DNA of 24,000 nucleotides from Enterovirga sp. CN4-39 (GTDB lineage Bacteria; Pseudomonadota; Alphaproteobacteria; Rhizobiales; Beijerinckiaceae): NCBI RefSeq assembly GCF_049446235.1, contig NZ_JBMSEF010000007.1, positions 31,170 to 55,169 of the forward strand, read 5' to 3'. Shown piece by piece: positions 17,304 to 24,000 of this stretch (position 1 is its first letter; each line of letters starts with the position of its first letter). The notes under the pieces were generated by a model. It saw only the letters and a program-made list of their open reading frames with translations, ran no database searches and was not told where the DNA came from. The position numbers and the translations under genes were made by a program.

Positions 17304-18140
17304 TCAGGCGATCCCGTAACGGATCAGGGCCGCGAGCACCCGCAGCTTGCCCGTGCTGACGCGAGCACGTGGCGGCGCGAAGCCGCGTTTCATCGTGCGC
17401 TCCAGAACCGAGCGGTAGGCCGCTTCCATCATGCGCGGCGCGCGGACGAGCCGGCGCGGCTGCCGCGACATGACCGCGTCGGCGTCCCGGTAATGCGAGC
17501 GGGCGCGTTCGGCGACCTCGGCGCAGACCTTCGGGAGCCCGGGATGGGCCAGCACGCGGGCGGGGTCGCGGGCATCGATTCCCGCGCGCACCAGCCCCTC
17601 GCGGGGAATATAGAGCCGGCCGATCTCCGCGTCCTCGTCGATATCGCGCAGGATGTTGGTGAGCTGCAGGGCGCGGCCGAGATGATGCGCCAGCTGGTCC
17701 GCATCGGCATCCCCGAGGCCGAAAACCCGCGCGGAGAGGCGGCCGACCGCGCTCGCGACGCGGTCGCAGTAGAGGTCGAGCGTCTCCCAATCCGGCGCCC
17801 GGACCGTATCGACGACGTCCATCTCCATGCCGTCGATGACGTCGTGGAAACTCTGCTTCTGCAGCCGGAAAGGCCGCACATGCGGGGCGAGCGCCGCGGT
17901 GTTTGGGCGGACCTCGCCGCGATAGAGCGCCTCGATGTCGTCGCGCCAGCCGTTCAGCGCCTCGATGCGGCCCTCGCGCGGCCCGGGCGAGTCTGCGATG
18001 TCGTCGACATCCCGGCAGAAGCCGTAGATCGCGTACATCGCCTCCCGCTGCGCCTTCGGGAGGATACGCATGCCGAGGTAGAACGAGCTGCCGGAGGCCG
18101 GCAGCTCCGAGGCGTTCTCGGTCGAGGCAGCGGCGCTCAT
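17304..18140 (-). CDS. hpnD: Presqualene diphosphate synthase HpnD
   Basis: The true start is the ATG at 18140, forming an ATGA overlap with the hpnC stop. The squalene/phytoene-synthase Asp-rich motifs FCRDVDDIAD and NILRDIDEDAEIGR are present. Confidence 0.9.
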   Translation of the reverse strand: MSAAASTENASELPASGSSFYLGMRILPKAQREAMYAIYGFCRDVDDIADSPGPREGRIEALNGWRDDIEALYRGEVRPNTAALAPHVRPFRLQKQSFHDVIDGMEMDVVDTVRAPDWETLDLYCDRVASAVGRLSARVFGLGDADADQLAHHLGRALQLTNILRDIDEDAEIGRLYIPREGLVRAGIDARDPARVLAHPGLPKVCAEVAERARSHYRDADAVMSRQPRRLVRAPRMMEAAYRSVLERTMKRGFAPPRARVSTGKLRVLAALIRYGIA

Positions 18141-19015
18141 GGCGCGAGCTTCGCCTGAGCACGGATGCCGCGCCCGGTCATCCGCTGGAGGATTGCCTTG
18201 GTAACCCCCGTGCCGGCGGCAAGGAGGGCCTCGGGCTTCGTCGCATGCACGCGCTCGCTGAGCGGATCCTTCGTCCGAAGCTTGCCGGCCAGCGACTCGG
18301 CGAGGCTCTGGATCACGGCGACCTCCATCGCGAGGCGGCGGTCGGCGATGATCGATGGGAAGACCGCGCTCTCCCGGAGAAGCGCCGCGCAACCCTCGTT
18401 CAGCTCCCGGATGACCGCGAGGAGGGCAGGGGAGGCGGATGCCGCCGAGAGCTCCTCGACCCGCGCTCCATGGCGGGCCAGCGTATCGGCGGTCAGATAG
18501 ACCCGGTCGAGGGAGCGGTAATCCTTCGCGCAATCCTGCAGGTGGTTGATCACCTGAAGGGCGGCGCAAAGGGCGTCGGAAGCGGCCCAGGTGCGGCGAT
18601 CCTCGCCGTGGACGTCGAGCACGAACCTGCCGACCGGCATCGCCGAAAGGGCGCAATAGCCCATCAGCTCGCCCCAATCGGCATAGCGGGTCTTGCGGGC
18701 GTCGAGCCGGAAGGCGTCCAGCAGGTCCTGCGCGTGTTTCGGCGACAATCCCCGCTCGGCCAGGGCGCGCCGCAGCGGCTCCGCTTCCGGATCCGTAGGG
18801 CCTTTGCCCGTCAAGGCTGCCTCGAGGCCGTCGAGCATCCGCAACTTCTCGTCCGGAGACAGCGTCGCGTGGTCGGAGACGTCGTCGGCGGCGCGGACGA
18901 AGCGGTAGAAGGCGAGGATCGGGCCGCGATGCCGCGGGCTGATGAGGCGCGAGGCGACGGGGAAGTTCTCGTCCTTGTGGCCCTTCCCGGACTTGGCGTC
19001 GGTGGCGGTAGTCAC
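18137..19015 (-). CDS. hpnC: Hydroxysqualene synthase HpnC
   Basis: 292 aa with a GTG start that overlaps the hpnA stop as GTGA. It has ENFPVASRLI, FVRAADDVSD and a second Asp-containing motif, NHLQDCAKDY. Confidence 0.9.
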   Translation of the reverse strand: MTTATDAKSGKGHKDENFPVASRLISPRHRGPILAFYRFVRAADDVSDHATLSPDEKLRMLDGLEAALTGKGPTDPEAEPLRRALAERGLSPKHAQDLLDAFRLDARKTRYADWGELMGYCALSAMPVGRFVLDVHGEDRRTWAASDALCAALQVINHLQDCAKDYRSLDRVYLTADTLARHGARVEELSAASASPALLAVIRELNEGCAALLRESAVFPSIIADRRLAMEVAVIQSLAESLAGKLRTKDPLSERVHATKPEALLAAGTGVTKAILQRMTGRGIRAQAKLAP

Positions 19016-20007
19016 GGGACATACCTCGCCTGGCGGAACCAGCCGATCGCGTCGACGAGGCCCTGGCGGTAAGGCCGCGAGACATAGCCGAGCTCACGCC
19101 GGGCCTTGCTGTCGTCGAAGAACATCTTGTACGCCGCCATCCTCAAAGCATCGCGGCTCACGAAGGGCTCGCGGCCCGTGATCTGCGCAACCGCCTCCGC
19201 CCCGACCGCCAGCGGCCAGACCGCCAGCCGCGGGATGCGCAGGCTCGGCGGGCGTCGGCCGACGATCTCCGCGATATCGGCCAGCATGCGGGACAGCAAG
19301 ACGTTCTCGCCACCGAGAATGTAGCGCTCGCCGATACGGCCGTGGCGGAGCGCAAGCAGGTGGCCGGCCGCCACGTCATCCACATGCGCGAGATTGAGGC
19401 CGGTATCGACGAAGCCGGGCATCTTGCCGGACGCCGCCTCCACGATGACACGCCCGGTGGGCGTCGGCTTTACATCGCGCGGGCCAATCGGCGTGGACGG
19501 GTTCACGATGACGGCCGGCAGCCCGTCCCGCTCGATCATCTCCTCGACGGCGCGCTCCGCCAGCACCTTGGAGCGCTTGTAGATGCCGATCGCCGTCTCG
19601 GGCGTGAGGGGGTGGGTCTCGTCGTGGCCCGGCGTGATCGTGGCGACGCTCGAGGTGTAGACGACCCGCTCCACGCCCTGCTCCAGCGCGGCTCGCATGA
19701 TGTTCCGGCTGCCCTCGACATTGGCGTCGATGAGGTCCTGCGGGCGCTTGGCCCATAGCCGGTAATCGGCGGCAGCATGGACGAGATAGCGGGCGCCCTT
19801 CAGGGCCGGCCCGAGCGTCTCGGGCTTCGTGAGGTCGCCGGTGACGACCTCGTCCTCCTCCGACAGGTTGGTGCGGGGCGAGGTGCCGCGCACCATGACC
19901 CGCACGGCGAATCCCGCGTCACGGAAGACGTTGGCGATCGCCGAGCCGAGGAAGCCGGAGGCACCGGTTACCAGGACGCGATCGCGCTCTCCGGCCACCC
20001 CGGCCAT
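19012..20007 (-). CDS. hpnA: Hopanoid-associated NAD-dependent sugar epimerase/dehydratase-family protein HpnA
   Basis: 331 aa of the extended-SDR family, with a Rossmann motif (VLVTGASGFLGS) and the catalytic YxxxK (IYKRSK). It sits directly upstream of hpnC. Confidence 0.85.
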   Translation of the reverse strand: MAGVAGERDRVLVTGASGFLGSAIANVFRDAGFAVRVMVRGTSPRTNLSEEDEVVTGDLTKPETLGPALKGARYLVHAAADYRLWAKRPQDLIDANVEGSRNIMRAALEQGVERVVYTSSVATITPGHDETHPLTPETAIGIYKRSKVLAERAVEEMIERDGLPAVIVNPSTPIGPRDVKPTPTGRVIVEAASGKMPGFVDTGLNLAHVDDVAAGHLLALRHGRIGERYILGGENVLLSRMLADIAEIVGRRPPSLRIPRLAVWPLAVGAEAVAQITGREPFVSRDALRMAAYKMFFDDSKARRELGYVSRPYRQGLVDAIGWFRQARYVP

Positions 20008-20023
20008 GCACCCTCGATCCGGC

Positions 20024-21970
20024 TCAGGCGCGGGCCTTCAGGGCGGCGGCGTTGCGGCCCAGGATCTCGAACACCCGGCGGACGATCGACTGTGCGTCGA
20101 GACCGGCCTGCGCGTACATGCGGTCCGGCTTGTCGTGGTCGATGTAGAGGTCCGGCAGGATCATCGAGCGCACCTTCAGGCCACGGTCGAGCATGCCGCG
20201 GTCCGACAGGAGGTGAAGCACGAAGGAGCCGAAGCCGCCGATCGAGTTTTCCTCGATCGTGATCAGCACCTCGTGCTCGCGGGCCAGCCGCAGGATGAGG
20301 TCCTCGTCGAGCGGCTTGGCGAAGCGCGCGTCGGCAACGGTGGTCGACAGGCCGCGGGCCTCGAGCTCCTCGGCGGCCTTGAGGGCCTCGGCGAGCCGCG
20401 TGCCGAGCGACACGAGCGCGACGCGGGTGCCTTCCTTCACGATGCGGCCGCGGCCGATCTCGAGCGGAATACCGCGCTCCGGCATCTCGATGCCGACGCC
20501 CTCACCGCGCGGGAAGCGGAAGGCGATCGGGCCCTCGTCATAGGCGGCGGCAGTCGCGACCATGTGGACGAGCTCGGCTTCGTCGCCCGCCGCCATGATC
20601 ACCATCTCCGGCAGGCAGCCGAGATAGGAGATGTCGAAGGAGCCGGCATGGGTCGGACCGTCGGCCCCGACGAGGCCGGCGCGGTCGAGCGCGAAGCGCA
20701 CGGGAAGCTTCTGGATCGACACGTCGTGCACGACCTGGTCGTAGGCGCGCTGCAGAAAGGTCGAGTAGATCGCGCAGAACGGCTTCAGGCCCTCGGTCGC
20801 GAGGCCGGCCGCGAAGGTCACGGCGTGCTGCTCGGCGATGCCGACGTCGAAGGTGCGGCCGGGGAATTCCTTGCCGAACAGGTCGAGCCCGGTGCCGGAT
20901 GGCATGGCGGCCGTGATGGCGACGATCTTGTCGTCGTGCCGAGCCTCCTTGGCGAGGCTCTCGGCGAAGACCTTCGTGTAGGACGGGGCGTTCGCCTTGG
21001 CCTTGGCCTGCGTCCCGGTCACGACATCGAAGGGAACGACGCCGTGGTACTTGTCGGCCGCGGCCTCCGCCGGGGCGTAGCCCTTGCCCTTCTGAGTCAC
21101 GACGTGGACGAGGATCGGGCCCGTCTCCGCATCGCGCACGTTCTTGAGCACGGGGAGAAGGTGATCGAGGTTGTGCCCGTCGATCGGCCCCACGTAGTAG
21201 AAGCCGAGTTCTTCGAACATCGTCCCGCCGGTCACGAAGCCGCGGGCGTATTCCTCGGCCTTCAGCGCCTTGTCGTGGAAGAACTTCGGCAGGTGGTTGG
21301 CGAGCTGCTTCCCGATCTCGCGAAGCGAGCGATAGGTCTTCCCCGAGACGAGACGCGCAAGATAGGCCGACATGGCGCCGGTCGGCGGCGCGATCGACAT
21401 GTCGTTGTCGTTGAGGATGACGATCAGGCGCGAATTGGCAGCGCCGGCATTGTTCATCGCCTCATAGGCCATGCCGGCCGACATCGCCCCGTCGCCGATC
21501 ACGGCGATGACGTTGTTCTTCCCGCCCTGGATGTCGCGCGCGACGGCCATGCCGAGGCCGGCCGAGATCGACGTGGACGAGTGGGCCGCCCCGAACGGGT
21601 CGTATTCGCTCTCGGCGCGCTTCGTGAAGCCGGAGAGGCCTCCGCCCTGGCGCAGGGAGCGCATGCGATCGCGCCGGCCGGTCATGATCTTGTGCGGGTA
21701 GGCCTGGTGGCCGACGTCCCAGATCAGACGGTCGCGCGGCGTGTCGAAAACATAGTGGAGGGCGACGGTCAGCTCGACCACGCCCAATCCGGCCCCGAGG
21801 TGACCGCCGGTGACGGACACGGAGTCGATCATATCCACCCGTACCGCCTCGGCGACCTCCCGGAGATCACTCTCGGGGAGCTGCCTCAGCTCTTCCGGGG
21901 TCGGGATTTTGTCGAGAATGGAAGAGGATACTGGCAACGCCGGACTCTCGATGGTCGTTCTGGTTACCAT
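20024..21970 (-). CDS. dxs: 1-deoxy-D-xylulose-5-phosphate synthase
   Basis: Supporting motifs are [26 protein letters not shown] and the thiamine-diphosphate motif [18 protein letters not shown]...LNDNDMSI. I prefer the ATG at 21970, which is preceded by AGGA, over the listed TTG 22057, which would overlap ispA by 23 nt. Confidence 0.95.
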   Translation of the reverse strand: MVTRTTIESPALPVSSSILDKIPTPEELRQLPESDLREVAEAVRVDMIDSVSVTGGHLGAGLGVVELTVALHYVFDTPRDRLIWDVGHQAYPHKIMTGRRDRMRSLRQGGGLSGFTKRAESEYDPFGAAHSSTSISAGLGMAVARDIQGGKNNVIAVIGDGAMSAGMAYEAMNNAGAANSRLIVILNDNDMSIAPPTGAMSAYLARLVSGKTYRSLREIGKQLANHLPKFFHDKALKAEEYARGFVTGGTMFEELGFYYVGPIDGHNLDHLLPVLKNVRDAETGPILVHVVTQKGKGYAPAEAAADKYHGVVPFDVVTGTQAKAKANAPSYTKVFAESLAKEARHDDKIVAITAAMPSGTGLDLFGKEFPGRTFDVGIAEQHAVTFAAGLATEGLKPFCAIYSTFLQRAYDQVVHDVSIQKLPVRFALDRAGLVGADGPTHAGSFDISYLGCLPEMVIMAAGDEAELVHMVATAAAYDEGPIAFRFPRGEGVGIEMPERGIPLEIGRGRIVKEGTRVALVSLGTRLAEALKAAEELEARGLSTTVADARFAKPLDEDLILRLAREHEVLITIEENSIGGFGSFVLHLLSDRGMLDRGLKVRSMILPDLYIDHDKPDRMYAQAGLDAQSIVRRVFEILGRNAAALKARA

Positions 21971-22034
21971 ACGTCCTGCACCGTTTCTGCGAAAAAGAGA
22001 ACCGGAATCCGCGTTAAGGATACCGGCAAACCCT

Positions 22035-22976
22035 TCAGTTGCGCCTTTCTGCAACAAATCTGGCGGTCTGCCTCAACACGTCGGCTCGCTCCCCGAATGG
22101 GGACAACGCACGTTCTGCTTCATCGACCAGCGATGCGAGGCGAAGCCGGGCATTGCTTGCGCCGAGCAGCGAGACGAGGGTCGACTTACCTTTGGCGGCA
22201 TCCTTTCCGGTCGCCTTTCCGACCGTTGCGGCCTCGCCTTCTGCGTCGAGAAGATCGTCGGCGATCTGGAAGGCCTGGCCCAGGGCGCGGCCATAAACCG
22301 CAAGCGCTTGCCGGTCAGCCTCGCTCGCCCGCCCGAGAATGGAGCCCATCTGCACCGATGACGCGAGGATCGCCCCCGTCTTCATCGCCTGCAGCCGCAA
22401 GGTGGAGGTCTCGTCCCCCGGAATCGGCTTGCCTTCGGCGGTGAAGCGTCCCTCGGCTTCGAGATCGAGCATCTGGCCCCCGACCATCCCGCCGAGGCCG
22501 GACGAGCGCGCAAGCGCCAGGGTGAGCTGAATGCGGATCGCGGGGTCGGGATCGGTGGCCTCGTCGGCCAGAATGTCGAACGCGAGGGTCTGGAGGGCGT
22601 CGCCGGCGAGGATCGCCGTCGCCTCGTCATAGGCCTTGTGAACGGTCGGCTTGCCGCGCCGGAGCGCGTCGTCGTCCATGGCAGGCAGGTCGTCATGCAC
22701 GAGGCTGTAGCCATGGATGCATTCCACGGCTGCGCCCGCCCGCAGCGGGCCCACGCCCTCGCTGCCGAATAGGCGCGCAGCCTCGACCACGAGGTGGGGC
22801 CTCAGCCGCTTCCCGCCGCCCAGCATGGCGTAGCGCATGGCGTCGAGGAGGAGAGCGGGACGCGCGATCTCGCCGTCCAGCTGAGCCGGCGAGAGAAGGT
22901 CACCGAGAAGGCTCTCGATGTCGCGCGCGGTGCCCTCGAGCCGGGCAAGGAATGTGTCGTGCGTCAAGGCGGTCAA
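22035..22976 (-). CDS. ispA: Farnesyl/geranyl diphosphate synthase (polyprenyl synthetase family)
   Basis: Contains GGKRLRP, the first Asp-rich motif [17 protein letters not shown] and the second, FQIADDLLD. The start is uncertain: TTG 22976 or TTG 22967 give an E. coli IspA-like N-terminal length, while the listed GTG 23048 gives an atypically long N-terminus. Confidence 0.88.
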   Translation of the reverse strand: MTALTHDTFLARLEGTARDIESLLGDLLSPAQLDGEIARPALLLDAMRYAMLGGGKRLRPHLVVEAARLFGSEGVGPLRAGAAVECIHGYSLVHDDLPAMDDDALRRGKPTVHKAYDEATAILAGDALQTLAFDILADEATDPDPAIRIQLTLALARSSGLGGMVGGQMLDLEAEGRFTAEGKPIPGDETSTLRLQAMKTGAILASSVQMGSILGRASEADRQALAVYGRALGQAFQIADDLLDAEGEAATVGKATGKDAAKGKSTLVSLLGASNARLRLASLVDEAERALSPFGERADVLRQTARFVAERRN

Positions 22977-23076
22977 CGTTAGAACGATTGAAGAAGACCG
23001 CTTGGCGGATGGACAGCGAGAGGTCAACCTGCTCCACCGTACTGGCACGGCGGGTGGTGCGCCGGAGGAGACCGTG

Positions 23077-23310
23077 ATGCGACGCTGGATGCTGGCTGCT
23101 GCGCTTTGCCTCGCCGGGCATGCATCGCCGTCGTTCGCTCAGGACGCGACCACAGCGCGACCGGGCGCAAAGGCGAACCCGTCCGCGCTGCAGCGTCAGG
23201 CCGGCCCGGATATCGCCAACCAGGAAGCCCGTCGCCGGGAGGAGGAGCGGCACAAGCGCTGGAACGACCGCATGCGCCGGGCCACGCGCTCGCTCTGCCA
23301 GGGCTGCTAG
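23077..23310 (+). CDS. Small secreted basic protein with C-terminal CxGC (77 aa), function unknown
   Basis: ATG 23077 lies 6 nt downstream of a strong Shine-Dalgarno sequence, GGAGGAG (23064..23070). It has a signal peptide (MRRWMLAAALCLAGHASPSFA-QD), a charged, probably helical, mature part, and ends ...RSLCQGC. Confidence 0.6.
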   Translation: MRRWMLAAALCLAGHASPSFAQDATTARPGAKANPSALQRQAGPDIANQEARRREEERHKRWNDRMRRATRSLCQGC

Positions 23311-23723
23311 CGGAGAGGATCCGGAGCGCGGCGTGAAGCCCGGGCCACCTGCCGCGGGTCGGAGCACCGGTAATCGTACTCGGTGTGGAAGTCCGTCAGG
23401 GGAGTTTCGCGCGTGATGCGGCATTCCGGCCGGGACGTGGTCTCGACCAGATAGATCTCTGCCGTGCGACGCCTGCGTTCGGCTTTCGGCAGGCCCGCGA
23501 GGCCCGGGCAGTTTCCAGCGACGGCCTCGTTCACGGGGTTGGTGACCACGACGAAGCTGGCCGCGTCCTTGCGATCGAACACCTCATAGGCGTCGTTGCA
23601 GCCGAGGCGAACGCGCACGCCCTTCACTTCGCCATAGCGGTCCATCGTGTACGTGAAGGTCTCGACCGCGCATCCGGTCAGGAGCGAGAGGGCCAGGAAG
23701 GGCAGGACGAGCTTGCGGAGCAT
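23307..23723 (-). CDS. Lipoprotein, function unknown (138 aa)
   Basis: Lipobox LSLLTGC at residues 12-18, high GC3 throughout, and four further cysteines in the mature part. Confidence 0.7.
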   Translation of the reverse strand: MLRKLVLPFLALSLLTGCAVETFTYTMDRYGEVKGVRVRLGCNDAYEVFDRKDAASFVVVTNPVNEAVAGNCPGLAGLPKAERRRRTAEIYLVETTSRPECRITRETPLTDFHTEYDYRCSDPRQVARASRRAPDPLR

Positions 23724-23756
23724 TGGGCGATCGGGGTTCCGGCGGCTGCGCCCGCC

Positions 23757-24000
23757 TTAAGCCATGACGCTCGGCTTGTCCTGTCGAATCCGGGTGCCGC
23801 GTCTGAGGGCGGCCAGCAACTCCTCGACTGCCTCGAGACGGGTATCCATCTCGTCCGTCGGCGTCGCCGATACGAGTCGCCCATTGCGCCAGTCGAGCGT
23901 CTCGGTCCGGTCGACGAGCGCCTTGATCGCCGCGTCGTCCTCGTCCCGATCCTTGAAGGTCAGCGCGATCGCCTGTGGGCCGGCATCGACGCGGGCCACC
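23757..24000 (-). CDS. Hypothetical protein (probably the 3' part of a gene that starts beyond the window)
   Basis: The frame is open to the window edge with high GC3. The listed 'start' at 23999 is only an in-frame GTG. The stop lies 33 nt upstream of the lipoprotein start. I recognise no motif. Confidence 0.5.
   Translation of the reverse strand, partial: VARVDAGPQAIALTFKDRDEDDAAIKALVDRTETLDWRNGRLVSATPTDEMDTRLEAVEELLAALRRGTRIRQDKPSVMA

Noticed and set aside
17302-19097. Long N-terminal extensions of the track ORFs 16027..18162 (711 aa) and 17304..19097 (597 aa), which could suggest fused HpnD-HpnE or HpnC-HpnD proteins
   Set aside because: The extensions read through the upstream gene in a different frame and are Arg/Pro/Gly-rich. 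Canonical starts with family-typical N-termini exist at 17301 (MRVVHVVGAGLAGL) and 18140 (MSAAAS...SFYLGMRILP), immediately after the preceding stop codons.
19829-22444. 871-aa + strand ORF
   Set aside because: It is antisense to dxs and ispA and has no motifs. It is a shadow ORF.
1-24000. Visual search for tRNA, rRNA, CRISPR repeats, IS or transposon terminal inverted repeats, integrase or phage genes, and compositional islands
   Set aside because: I recognised none. Coding density and GC-rich composition look uniform apart from short AT-richer intergenic patches, and all ORFs fit a core-chromosome context. A visual scan cannot exclude small RNAs.

Overview
This is a GC-rich chromosomal segment, roughly two-thirds G+C by eye. 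Its gene content and protein sequences look alphaproteobacterial, possibly Rhizobiales or Methylobacterium-like, but that is inference only. All functional calls come from reading the translations for motifs I recognise; I ran no database search.

About 20 of the 24 kb form one hopanoid 'supercluster':
- + strand: hpnL-hpnI-hpnJ-(gap)-hpnK, the module that builds the bacteriohopanetetrol (BHT) glucosamine / cyclitol-ether head group.
- - strand: hpnN, the RND-family (resistance-nodulation-division) hopanoid transporter.
- + strand: ispH-hpnH.
- - strand: a tightly packed eight-gene run, ispA-dxs-hpnA-hpnC-hpnD-hpnE-shc-hpnG. It joins the MEP (methylerythritol phosphate) isoprenoid-precursor pathway and farnesyl-diphosphate supply directly to squalene synthesis, cyclisation and side-chain extension.

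The left flank holds a partial DeoR-type regulator that is missing from the ORF track, then rppH and a MipA/OmpV-family outer-membrane protein. It also holds the most interesting gene: an AGAT/StrB1-type arginine amidinotransferase transcribed divergently from hpnL-I-J-K. I propose it as the unassigned enzyme that makes guanidine-substituted BHT cyclitol ether.

The right flank holds a small secreted Cys-terminated protein, a Cys-rich lipoprotein and a partial ORF.

I saw no tRNA, rRNA, CRISPR array, IS element or phage signature. Many of the longest ORFs in the supplied track are antisense or out-of-frame artefacts of high GC. Several true genes start well inside their listed ORFs.
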